Virus record (IMG/VR): IMGVR_UViG_3300018059_000546
Direction: 5' to 3' (one strand)
Length of the DNA stretch: 64,000 nucleotides
DNA from: a virus
Under the pieces are notes generated by a model. That model made no database searches, had not been told where the DNA came from, and saw only the letters and a list, made by a program, of their open reading frames with translations. Shown here in pieces: positions 47,552 to 56,053 of this stretch. The position numbers and the translations under genes are program-made. The first letter of the stretch is position 1. Every line of letters starts with the position of its first letter.

Positions 47552-48518
47552 CGTGAACCCCCTTCAAGAAAACCGCAATCTTGCTTTTCAATTCGGAAAA
47601 ATCGGCAACTGAAGAATTCATCAGTTTGCCGTGGAGTTCGTCCACCGCAGCGTGCAAAGGTCTCTTCGAGAATTCGTAGTAGGGAACTTTCTCTCCCCTG
47701 AATGGTTCGATGTTCTTGAGCTTATCATGGTGGTGAACAGAAATGGAAGGAACGTTCACCATCTCCGCAAGGACGAGCCCGTGGTAGCGTTGGCTGATCA
47801 CGATGGAGCGTTTAGAGAATTCTTCCAACACTTGAGAAGCGGAGATCTCGGACGCCTGAATCATTTCGAATCTGGTAGACCTTCTTGTCATCTTAGAAAC
47901 GATTTCTGTGGCCGCCCAAAGGTCGTCCATCCACAGATTTTTGCACATCGAGAGGAACGATATTTTCCACCCTGAAGACAATCGTTCATCCAAGAACTGG
48001 GCCGCTTCATTCTTGAACCGTTCCCACGCGAGGTGAGCCCATGATGGAGCATCCCACTTAGGGATCGTTTCTACATTCGATACGAAGAGAATGCTGTTGG
48101 GAATTCTCTTGCCTTGAACGACCGGTACGATGTGAACGATGTCCGGAATTGACATGGCATCGACACCCATGCTACGAAGATGTTTCGTTCCAAGCGCGGT
48201 GCGTACAGCAACGATCTTAGACTTCTTCATCAGGCGGAGGTGGACCGGATGAACCTCCGCCTCCACACCCACTCCGATGTACGCTGTCGGTATTGCCACC
48301 AACAAATCGAACACATCGGAGTCGATTCGAGGTTCTTTATACAAGAAAGAGCCGCCGCCGAAGACGACCGCTCTTTTCCCTTCGAGATCCTTGGCTGAGA
48401 TTTTGTCGACGAACGTCAGCTCAGCTTCCGGCATGAGAAGCCGGAAAGCATCACAGAAAAGTTCATCTCCAACATTCCCGTGATGGTACCACCCGTACGC
48501 AAGGATGGAAATTGGCAT
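47523..48518 (-). CDS. polysaccharide pyruvyl transferase family protein
   Basis: GWYHHGNVGDEL, FGGGSFL, GVGV, VAVR, PDIV, SQRYHGLVLA. Confidence 0.85.
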   Translation of the reverse strand: MPISILAYGWYHHGNVGDELFCDAFRLLMPEAELTFVDKISAKDLEGKRAVVFGGGSFLYKEPRIDSDVFDLLVAIPTAYIGVGVEAEVHPVHLRLMKKSKIVAVRTALGTKHLRSMGVDAMSIPDIVHIVPVVQGKRIPNSILFVSNVETIPKWDAPSWAHLAWERFKNEAAQFLDERLSSGWKISFLSMCKNLWMDDLWAATEIVSKMTRRSTRFEMIQASEISASQVLEEFSKRSIVISQRYHGLVLAEMVNVPSISVHHHDKLKNIEPFRGEKVPYYEFSKRPLHAAVDELHGKLMNSSVADFSELKSKIAVFLKGVHDGQVCRHTK

Positions 48519-48519
48519 C

Positions 48520-48861
48520 TCAACTGCAGGCCTCCCAGACGATCTTTCTCAGACCCGAGACCTTCCAACGAATGACAAGCTCCCAGCGCTTATGCTTGTG
48601 GCAACAATGACACTTGTGGTGACATTTGTGCTCACAACAGACAGAATGTACTTCATAATCGAGCTCATCATCCGATCCGGGATCGCAGGGAGTGCAATCT
48701 TCGTCGGCAAATTCTACGCTGATGTATTCGGGATTACGTGTGAGATCGAACCGGGCCTCGTCAGCACCGGTGACGGTGAGTTCTCCTCGTGCTTTTGTGC
48801 TAACGAAGAGATCCATGAAGAATTTCCAGATCATATCGAGTATTGTGAACATCCTAAGCAT
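48520..48861 (-). CDS. small beta-rich protein with Cys/His-rich insert
   Basis: CCEHKCHHKCHCCHKHKR tract. Confidence 0.65.
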   Translation of the reverse strand: MLRMFTILDMIWKFFMDLFVSTKARGELTVTGADEARFDLTRNPEYISVEFADEDCTPCDPGSDDELDYEVHSVCCEHKCHHKCHCCHKHKRWELVIRWKVSGLRKIVWEACS

Positions 48862-48868
48862 AGATAGG

Positions 48869-49129
48869 TCAGCGAGAGGGTGTATTTTGGACTTCTACGA
48901 GAACATCTCGAACGATTTCTCGAACCTCTTTGACCGACATAACCTTGGAAAGAACTTCGAAAGGAACAGAGCGTAGAGCTAGAGCAGCCTTATCGATCAC
49001 GCTCCAAAAAGTATCCAAGTCCTTCTGGTTCTTAATTCGTCCGGAAGTGACACGATCTTCTAGGATACTCTGCAAGGCCTGGCGAATCTGCTCCTGGCCC
49101 ATGTATTCTGAAGAAGCTCCGACTTTCAT
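48869..49129 (-). CDS. hypothetical protein
   Basis: 86 aa; leader-like motif VKEVREIVRDVLVE near the C-terminus. Confidence 0.65.
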   Translation of the reverse strand: MKVGASSEYMGQEQIRQALQSILEDRVTSGRIKNQKDLDTFWSVIDKAALALRSVPFEVLSKVMSVKEVREIVRDVLVEVQNTPSR

Positions 49130-49132
49130 GAA

Positions 49133-49459
49133 TTACATGCTCGAAATGAGGAAACCTGCTGCAGCACCGAGATGGTAATGAGCGAGCTCAGGAAGCTTCA
49201 TCTTCGCGGCGTCGATAGGATGGACGATATCGGCCGGTTTGAAGGATCGAACGACGGTCCAAACGAGCAGAAGAGCCCAGGTAACCAACTTAGCCAGAAG
49301 ACCTCGAGAAACCCATCCCATGCTAAGCATCAGAGTGTATCCAACGAGAGCATGAAACAGGGGCATGTTCTTCACCGGATCACGCATCCACGGTCCAAGA
49401 ACGAAAGAAACCTTGTCGGAAACCCAGTCACGCGCACCTTTCAAAAGATCGAGAAACAT
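49133..49459 (-). CDS. small membrane protein (possible holin-like)
   Basis: Start set at MFLDLL; 2-3 hydrophobic segments; TATTTA upstream. Confidence 0.5.
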   Translation of the reverse strand: MFLDLLKGARDWVSDKVSFVLGPWMRDPVKNMPLFHALVGYTLMLSMGWVSRGLLAKLVTWALLLVWTVVRSFKPADIVHPIDAAKMKLPELAHYHLGAAAGFLISSM

Positions 49460-49517
49460 TTTTTTGCCTGCCTTACCGATAAATAGCAAGCTCTCGGGCA
49501 CACTACTTATGGATTCC

Positions 49518-50144
49518 ATGCAGCTCAAAGAATTAAGAAAACTAGTTCGCTCTGTCTTACAAGAAGAGATGGAGATGATTACCGACCACAATCCAGAGGT
49601 TGTTCTATCCTTTTTGAAGGATCGAAACGTTGAGGACAAGATGAGGAACATGGGACTCAGCCATCTCATTGATAATCCTAACCTTTCGGATGAGCTTGAA
49701 AACCACATCAGAGTTGCATGCCTAGTCGGTTGCAAAGGAGAGGCTCAGAACTGGCTCGGATTCGATCTGGGGACGAATGACGAAACTGCCGAACGTCGAT
49801 TTTGCAGTGCTAGCAAATGGCAGAAGCACGACTCCATGGATTCGGATTGGTTCAAAATCAAAGCCTTGAACGTCTGGGGTCAGCCTTTCTACTCGACAGC
49901 CAAAGAATACCAGGCAAGCCAACAGTGCGCCGACGAACATACGATGGACATGTTCTCTAATGTGAACGACACCGAAATCAATCGAACAATGCTAGAACCT
50001 AGCACAACTATCTGGGTTCCTCATGATGATGGAATCAGATGTGTTGAAGGGAACAAGAGAATGCATGCTCTTGCGCTGGGCATGGTTCGAGGTGTCGTAG
50101 GAGACGACGTGACCACCCGCTGGAAGATGTGGTCGAAGATCTAA
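49518..50144 (+). CDS. hypothetical protein with leader and ParB/Srx-like motif
   Basis: MQLKELRKLVRSVLQE leader; CVEGNKR..AL resembles the ParB/Srx GxxR motif; TACTTA 8 nt upstream. Confidence 0.65.
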   Translation: MQLKELRKLVRSVLQEEMEMITDHNPEVVLSFLKDRNVEDKMRNMGLSHLIDNPNLSDELENHIRVACLVGCKGEAQNWLGFDLGTNDETAERRFCSASKWQKHDSMDSDWFKIKALNVWGQPFYSTAKEYQASQQCADEHTMDMFSNVNDTEINRTMLEPSTTIWVPHDDGIRCVEGNKRMHALALGMVRGVVGDDVTTRWKMWSKI

Positions 50145-50145
50145 C

Positions 50146-50448
50146 TTACTTCGGAACGTTCTGAAGAAGAGTTTGAAGCGTCTTATTCACGTTCGTTAGA
50201 ACTTGCTTGGTCGAAGCATCTTGGGCAGAACCCAGAGCTTTCGTCACGGCAGCTACGACAGCCTGCAGATCAGCGATCACCGGAGTTGCCTGCGGAGGGG
50301 CCGGGGCCGGAGGAGCTCCTGCGGCGGGCGGCGGAGCTGCAAGAGGTGCACCCGGCGCCGCAGGAGCGGCAGTAGGTGCCGGAGGAGGTACAGCTTCTTT
50401 CAAAACAGAACGCACCAACTCACGAAATTCTTGCAGGGAGATCTTCAT
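50146..50448 (-). CDS. Pro/Ala-rich protein with putative virion-targeting leader
   Basis: MKISLQEFRELVRSVLKE then a PA-rich linker; TAGTTA upstream. Confidence 0.75.
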   Translation of the reverse strand: MKISLQEFRELVRSVLKEAVPPPAPTAAPAAPGAPLAAPPPAAGAPPAPAPPQATPVIADLQAVVAAVTKALGSAQDASTKQVLTNVNKTLQTLLQNVPK

Positions 50449-50465
50449 CGTAATCGATAACTAGG

Positions 50466-50729
50466 TCAGTCGATGTACAGAACTGCCTGACCACTGAAGT
50501 AGCCAATGGTTCCCTCGTCAGTCAAGACCATAATTCTACCATCTGGCTCAGGATAATTGCTAACTGGACCGTCCTCGACAACAGACAGAACGAGATGGGG
50601 TTGGTAGGCTTCGCCCGGACCAATTATCATCATTCCGTAGAATTTCTTAGACATTGATCTTTTGGCTGGAAAGCCTGGGTAGACCACGTCTCCCGGTCGG
50701 AGCTTTTTATAGCAGTCCAGACGTTTCAT
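50466..50729 (-). CDS. hypothetical protein
   Basis: 87 aa. Confidence 0.6.
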   Translation of the reverse strand: MKRLDCYKKLRPGDVVYPGFPAKRSMSKKFYGMMIIGPGEAYQPHLVLSVVEDGPVSNYPEPDGRIMVLTDEGTIGYFSGQAVLYID

Positions 50730-50971
50730 TTCTTCTCGAGTTTCGCAGAGAGGTAAGTTCCCACGAATGCTCCCAACACAGCAGGAAGGACCATCGAATG
50801 GTCTCCGATGTAGGCAATGACGATGACCGATCCTAGCAAATAGATGGCAGAGGCGTAGACAGCCGATTTGAGAGCGTTCGACTCCGCCGTGTGTTTAATG
50901 TACCTCGCCCACAAGAAGTCGGAAAAAGCCACTAGCAGGAAGATCCCAACAAATTTGAGAACGAATGTCAC
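50726..50971 (-). CDS. small membrane protein (3 TM)
   Basis: Three hydrophobic helices ending GAFVGTYLS; start set at GTG 50971. Confidence 0.65.
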   Translation of the reverse strand: MTFVLKFVGIFLLVAFSDFLWARYIKHTAESNALKSAVYASAIYLLGSVIVIAYIGDHSMVLPAVLGAFVGTYLSAKLEKK

Positions 50972-51020
50972 AGGATGTTGAACTTCTCTCCGAGCCTTTC
51001 GTGCTCGGCTGCATGGCATT

Positions 51021-51257
51021 TCATGTCGTTCCTTGCAAGCTTCTCTGTGTGATCGCCCAATGGTTACAAGGCATCCACTCGTATCCAATTGTACTTTGTT
51101 CACCATCTTGGAACACAAAAGACCTGTACTCAAACTCGCCTCTTTTGAATTCTGCGACGACAAGACCAGTTTCCTCTAATGGACCATTTATCACAGTGTA
51201 GTGCTCGCCGACGGGAAGAAGATTTTGAATTAGACATTTGCATTTAGAACACTTCAT
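51021..51257 (-). CDS. hypothetical protein
   Basis: 78 aa, N-terminal CSKC. Confidence 0.5.
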   Translation of the reverse strand: MKCSKCKCLIQNLLPVGEHYTVINGPLEETGLVVAEFKRGEFEYRSFVFQDGEQSTIGYEWMPCNHWAITQRSLQGTT

Positions 51258-52087
51258 ACGACCCTCTTCAAAATGTTGAAGCTCTCTCCAAGACGCTCAT
51301 GTTCTGCATCATGACATTTATCGCATAAAACGAGGCCAGAGATGTTTCTTTCTAGATGGATCTGTTCAATTTTCTGAGCAATCTTTGTCTTCAAAGCGAA
51401 GTCGTCCTGACCGGTGAATCCAAACTCATCTGAAGCTTCGTGAAGGATCGTAGCAAATCTCTCCCCATCATGGTGGACATGGAGATCTCCTGTCGTTTCG
51501 CAACGAGAACATTTGAAATTAGCTGCTTGGAGCTTGGGAAACTTCCAGGATTTGTAGAGAAGTGAATGGGCCAAACCAGCCAGCCGAGAATATCCTCCCT
51601 TCCACTGAGAATGATCAGATCCATAAAGGGTTGGAACTTTCCCACTCTTACGATTTTCTGACATAGACTTAGATCGTCTTTTGACCTCACTGGGATTTGA
51701 AAGAATCGCGATTGATCCACTTTGACCGTACTTGGCAATACGTTCGTCAGCTTCTTTCGTCAAACCCTTATTCCATGCTTCGAGCTCCCCATTCGCAAAA
51801 GCCTTTTTGCGAGATTCACTAAGCTTTTTGTTTCTTTCTTCTGGATTAGCTCCGGCAAAATTATTTTTCACGCGAGAAGCATGCCCATGAATGAACGGGT
51901 TATAGCCCTTTTTTATCCCACAGAATTTCGTTTCAATCTTGCAAGGGCATCCACAAAGTCCGGGACCGTGGATGGCATCCCATAATTCTTTTGCAGATTT
52001 CTTATGATGATGTTGAACATGAGCTCTAAACGAATTATCAAGGTTTCCCTCATACGAACAATCATCGAACGGACACTTAAACATCAA
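51254..52087 (-). CDS. HNH homing endonuclease with C2H2 finger and NUMOD-like repeats
   Basis: CPFDDC...H....H, CGCPC, AWNKGLTKE, WKGG, CSRC...LHVHH...LCDKCH..EH. Confidence 0.85.
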   Translation of the reverse strand: MMFKCPFDDCSYEGNLDNSFRAHVQHHHKKSAKELWDAIHGPGLCGCPCKIETKFCGIKKGYNPFIHGHASRVKNNFAGANPEERNKKLSESRKKAFANGELEAWNKGLTKEADERIAKYGQSGSIAILSNPSEVKRRSKSMSENRKSGKVPTLYGSDHSQWKGGYSRLAGLAHSLLYKSWKFPKLQAANFKCSRCETTGDLHVHHDGERFATILHEASDEFGFTGQDDFALKTKIAQKIEQIHLERNISGLVLCDKCHDAEHERLGESFNILKRVV

Positions 52088-52146
52088 ATCCTCCCGGCCT
52101 TTTGCGACCTAGGAGGATTATACGATGTTAGTTTACGATTTGTAAA
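52087..52146 (-). promoter_or_regulatory. sigma70-like promoter overlapping an RBS-sequestering hairpin for the HNH gene
   Basis: TTTACA-18 nt-TATAAT; AATCCTCC pairs with GGAGGATT containing the SD. Confidence 0.6.
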
Positions 52147-52169
52147 TTCGATTTAGCAGTTCACCCTAG

Positions 52170-52242
52170 GACTTGACATCGCAGTCCTACAATAGCCAAA
52201 TCGAATAATGACGTCAATATTGCAAAACAGCGATGTCAAATC
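52170..52242 (-). repeat. 25-bp imperfect inverted repeat spanning the tail-tube 3' end
   Basis: 52218-52242 pairs with 52170-52194 in the minus-strand RNA (4 G-U, 1 U-U). Confidence 0.7.
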
Positions 52243-52702
52243 GAAGTGAGAGCTCAATCATCTGCGGCTCACCGGTTTCGTAAGACAGCTCGCCGAAGTT
52301 GACGTTCTTGATCCAAACACCCTTGAGATCCCAGAGCTCGACCACGGTCCCGATCGGGTCCACGATCTTGATCTGAGCGTCTCGCTTGTAGAAGTCGGCG
52401 TAGCCTGCGCGACCCGACACAATCTCGAAGTGAAGACGGATCCACTCCATGACCTGCTGCGCACCCGAGGGAGCGATCGGATCGTGGAGAGTAACGGCCA
52501 TTTCCTTGAGCTTCGAAACGCCCATAACCCACCGGCGTGAGTTGACGAACGGGATTTCGTGCTCTTCGTGCTCGATTTCAGGACGAGCTGCCTTGCTCAT
52601 CAAGAAGGCGTCGATTCCTTCGATGGCAAAGATCCACTGATTCTTCCTCTTCGGCTCGAAGAGGTTAGGAAGCATAGATGATACACTAAGGGTTTCTGCC
52701 AT
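52214..52702 (-). CDS. tail tube protein (T4 gp19-like)
   Basis: FEPKRKNQW, P.I......IPFVN, TLHDPI.PS..Q.VMEW, DP.G.VVE.W.LKG, FGELSY, IELSLRFD. Confidence 0.9.
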   Translation of the reverse strand: MAETLSVSSMLPNLFEPKRKNQWIFAIEGIDAFLMSKAARPEIEHEEHEIPFVNSRRWVMGVSKLKEMAVTLHDPIAPSGAQQVMEWIRLHFEIVSGRAGYADFYKRDAQIKIVDPIGTVVELWDLKGVWIKNVNFGELSYETGEPQMIELSLRFDIAVLQY

Positions 52703-52767
52703 GGTCTTATCCGAAGCTTAAGTATACGATCTCTTGGATTGTAAACGATGAAGTTCTATTCGCATTT

Positions 52768-53190
52768 TCATGCTGGTTCCCACCCACGACCTGGATTCCA
52801 AATGAACTCTCTTTGCTCGGGTCGATTGTTGTGCATGTACCCTCGCAAATTTCCTTCGGAGTCTTCGTACCAGCTATCGTCGTCTTTGTTACTTCCTGGT
52901 ATGTCCAACCATTGCTCAGCAGCTTCGGGAAAACTCTGCGAGACGTGTTCCCAGTTGTCGTAATCTCCTCCAAAATCGGGCGGAAACCTTGGATGTTGAT
53001 CTACAATTGGCGAAGCAAAAGGGCTTTGTACGGCGTCTGCCTAGCGTTTGTTATACAATTTACAATCTGGATTTGGACATTCAATGTCGTGTAAGCCGAT
53101 GTGTGCTTCAGAATCTCCGCATCGAGGGCAGACAGATTCACGGAGCAGGACCCTGATTGCGCTTCGAACTTCTGATATTAGAATTTTCAT
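52768..53190 (-). CDS. leader-bearing zinc-finger protein with in-frame UAG at codon 50 (readthrough gene or pseudogene)
   Basis: Manual translation MKILISEVRSAIRVLLRESVCPRCG...ECPNPDCKLYNKR*ADAVQ...RGWEPA; ATGA-coupled; N-terminus paralogous to 45877-46302. Confidence 0.75.
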
Positions 53191-53678
53191 TTGACGTCCT
53201 CGAATGTTTTATTCAGTTTGTCCCACCAAAATGAGAAGATACCGTAGTTCTTCCCCATGTCGACATGGTGGATCTTGTGCAGATTAATTAGCCTCTTCGT
53301 TCCCAGAATCCAATGGAACCAATGAGCCTTGAGATGGATCCAATCATGAATGAAGCTATGAAGGAGTCCCACACCCCCGATGACAAGCACTAGCCAAATA
53401 GCGGACATCCATCCGATGAGATCGGTGAACAGTGCAAGAAGAAGAGGTGAGCAGAGCAGCGGAAGTCCGATGGCAAGAAACGTCCATGTAGAATTATCCT
53501 TACCCGCGTCGCGATACGTTTCTGATGAGAAATTTGTGGGTGGATAAAGGACGAGATGGTGCATCATGTGCGCTCTATGAAGAACTCCCATCCACGACTG
53601 ATGTAGCGCTCGATGGAGCCAGTATCCGAATGCATCTGTCGTTACGATGGCAGCAACAGTTAGAATTGCTGTAATCAT
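53187..53678 (-). CDS. fatty acid hydroxylase/sterol desaturase family membrane di-iron enzyme
   Basis: YWLHRALH, HMMHH, IHDWIH, HKIHH...NYG....WDKL. Confidence 0.88.
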   Translation of the reverse strand: MITAILTVAAIVTTDAFGYWLHRALHQSWMGVLHRAHMMHHLVLYPPTNFSSETYRDAGKDNSTWTFLAIGLPLLCSPLLLALFTDLIGWMSAIWLVLVIGGVGLLHSFIHDWIHLKAHWFHWILGTKRLINLHKIHHVDMGKNYGIFSFWWDKLNKTFEDVK

Positions 53679-54709
53679 TTTTTACCTCCAAGGTCTTGCC
53701 AAACTTGAAATGCTCGTTTGCGAAACCATTTTTCTGCTCGTTCAAGCTCAGCTTTACGATCCGGTTCTTTCGTTCTTTTTCCCTTGCGATCCCTACCCCG
53801 TAAAAGCATATTTGCGTGCATGCCCCAAGGAAATCTAAATTCTGGATTTGTTTCTTGTGCTGGTGTTGTTGCTTGCGGTTTCAAATAGCTTACAAGAACT
53901 TCAACAGTTGGAAATTTCTGTAAGAATGCTTCGGGGCGATCACCATATTTCGAATACAATTTCTCGAATTGCTGGATAAAAGTTCCTACAATTTCCTCGT
54001 AGTCGAACTCACTGCCACCTCTCGTAAAAAAATGTTTCACATGAGGACCAGTAGGAACTTTTCGGGCCGTAATAAGATGACCCACTTCATGAAACCAAGT
54101 CTCATGAGCATCATCTAACAATCGAGGCATCGCACGCACAAATCGTTGCAAACTCCACAATTTTTCTTCAGGAGAATATGGAATGAGTATCACATACTTG
54201 CGTTGGGATTCTGGCATATTAGGGATATTTTTGAGACGTTCTTTACTAGTTGTCTGCCCATAGAGTCTTCTTCCTATGAAGCTATCTGTCGGATTAGAAC
54301 TTTTGTACATCCCGTATGTTTCGTCTTCAGGAACTTCATTGTTCCTGAAGACGATGTCGACATTCATAAATTCAGGAATTCCAAGAAATTTTCCTGAGAT
54401 AATCCAGTCTTCGTCGTATTTTCCCTTCCGAATGGGAATGCTCTTTGGGTCTTGCTGCAATTTAGCAGCGAGGTCCTGCATCGAATCGAATGAATTTTGA
54501 GCAAATCGAGCGTGATCTGATATCACTTCTTGAAGAGTATGTTTGACAATTCGACGAATATCTTCCATCGTCATCGTTTCATCCTCTTTGTGTTTTTCAT
54601 CCTTACCAGTTTCATCTCCTGGAACAGGTTCGACACCACCACTCGAAATCTTGTTCAGTTCCGGATTGTCGACATGGAAATAGGACTCCCTAAATTTCTT
54701 GTGGGACAT
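53675..54709 (-). CDS. putative zincin metallopeptidase-like protein
   Basis: WFHEVGHL (HExxH) with downstream YEE; internal leader-like MTMEDIRRIVKHTLQE at 54574. Confidence 0.6.
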   Translation of the reverse strand: MSHKKFRESYFHVDNPELNKISSGGVEPVPGDETGKDEKHKEDETMTMEDIRRIVKHTLQEVISDHARFAQNSFDSMQDLAAKLQQDPKSIPIRKGKYDEDWIISGKFLGIPEFMNVDIVFRNNEVPEDETYGMYKSSNPTDSFIGRRLYGQTTSKERLKNIPNMPESQRKYVILIPYSPEEKLWSLQRFVRAMPRLLDDAHETWFHEVGHLITARKVPTGPHVKHFFTRGGSEFDYEEIVGTFIQQFEKLYSKYGDRPEAFLQKFPTVEVLVSYLKPQATTPAQETNPEFRFPWGMHANMLLRGRDRKGKRTKEPDRKAELERAEKWFRKRAFQVWQDLGGKK

Positions 54710-54780
54710 TACAAAATTCTCTTTAAGGGTGCAGCAGGAGCAATTTCAACGACTTGCATGTATTGTTAAGTACACATAAA

Positions 54781-55347
54781 ATGGAACTCTATTTCAGCAT
54801 TGATATCGAAGCCGACGGACCCGTCCCAGGAATGTATTCCATGCTCAGTCTGGGCGCTGCAGCATTCAAGATTGACGATGCTGGAAAGGGATCCATCGTC
54901 GGGACCTGGTCGTCGAACCTCGAAACCCTACCCGGAGCGGCGACAGATCCCGACACCATGAATTGGTGGTCCATGCAAAACGAAGCATGGATGGCAGTAC
55001 AGAAGGATAAGAAAGAACCGAAGAAAGCGATGAGAGAATTCATCGACTGGGTCAACTCTGTGTGCAAGGAGCACAATGCAAAGCCCGTCTTCGTAGCCTA
55101 CCCCGCAGGATTCGATTTCACCTTCGTATACTGGTACATGATCACCTTCGCAGGAGAGTCTCCATTCTCCTTCTCGTGCCTCGACATGAAGAGCTATGCG
55201 ATGGCGAAACTCAAAACAGACTTCCGAACTGTTATCAAGAGAAACATGCCCAAGGAATGGTTTTCTAAGAAGAACGAGCAGCCGCATGTGGCTCTAGAAG
55301 ATGCCATCGAACAAGGTTGGATGTTCGTGGAAATGATGAAAGCGTAA
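54781..55347 (+). CDS. DEDDh 3'-5' exonuclease
   Basis: SIDIEADGP, AGFDF, CLDMK, PHVALEDAIEQ. Confidence 0.88.
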   Translation: MELYFSIDIEADGPVPGMYSMLSLGAAAFKIDDAGKGSIVGTWSSNLETLPGAATDPDTMNWWSMQNEAWMAVQKDKKEPKKAMREFIDWVNSVCKEHNAKPVFVAYPAGFDFTFVYWYMITFAGESPFSFSCLDMKSYAMAKLKTDFRTVIKRNMPKEWFSKKNEQPHVALEDAIEQGWMFVEMMKA

Positions 55348-55350
55348 AGG

Positions 55351-56007
55351 TCAACCTTCGGGATGCTCGGTCACAGATCCTGCTTTTATCTTCTGATAAT
55401 GAAGGTCAAAAAATAACACTCCTACGTTGGCTGAAGTGGTACCTCCCGTTTTGTTCGTTTGGTACGTATCAGCAGCATCCGAAGAACCGGGTCTTTCAAC
55501 CTTGAACACCAAAATAGAACTATCACCGGCGTTGGCGGGAGGAACTATCGTTCCAAATGACATGACACGTTGCACATACTGATCAGCAGGAGTATAGGAC
55601 GCAGTCACAGATCCCGAAATCCAACCCGCAGCAGCAGGAAGAGTGCCAGACCCAACGATGCTCCATGAATAGACGTAGTCCATCTTTACATCACCGCTTC
55701 CCGAAGCCATCGGAATGAGATGCATATGGGGACGGATCGAGGTCGTGTTATCCCATGTATGAGGCATCTGATAGGTCATGAAAATGTTATCATCCTGGTT
55801 GCGACGAAAAAATCTCATGAAGTACCCGGTGTCTCGATAACCTTCGTACGTCAGAGCAGCAGGACCGGTTCCTTGGTCGATGAAAGCAATCAGATCATCC
55901 CATCGATCCTCGAAGACAGCATTCCGAAAATCGCGACCGGCCACGACAAACCCGTCTCCGTCTGCTTGAATGTCCAGTCCTTTGTCATTTGAAATAATGG
56001 TTCGCAT
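55351..56007 (-). CDS. putative virion structural / carbohydrate-binding protein
   Basis: WDDL, QMPHTW...IRPHMH, FDLHYQ; Ser/Gly-rich; lies in late region. Confidence 0.55.
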   Translation of the reverse strand: MRTIISNDKGLDIQADGDGFVVAGRDFRNAVFEDRWDDLIAFIDQGTGPAALTYEGYRDTGYFMRFFRRNQDDNIFMTYQMPHTWDNTTSIRPHMHLIPMASGSGDVKMDYVYSWSIVGSGTLPAAAGWISGSVTASYTPADQYVQRVMSFGTIVPPANAGDSSILVFKVERPGSSDAADTYQTNKTGGTTSANVGVLFFDLHYQKIKAGSVTEHPEG

Positions 56008-56053
56008 GTATCACCACAATGGGCTCAGAGCACCTCGAACACCTCGGACGAGG

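Noticed and set aside
50280-50390. GC-rich repetitive tract
   Set aside because: Simply encodes the Pro/Ala linker of 50146-50448; not a CRISPR array or DNA repeat element.
52155-52185. AGTTCAC followed by tube-like sequence as a second TnpB guide cassette
   Set aside because: No scaffold similar to the tnpB 3' region upstream, and the first bases after TCAC match the tube gene poorly.
52707-53094. ORF-track calls 52707-52973 (-), 52748-52963 (+) and 52813-53094 (+)
   Set aside because: Better explained by the TAG-interrupted gene at 52768-53190 in another frame.
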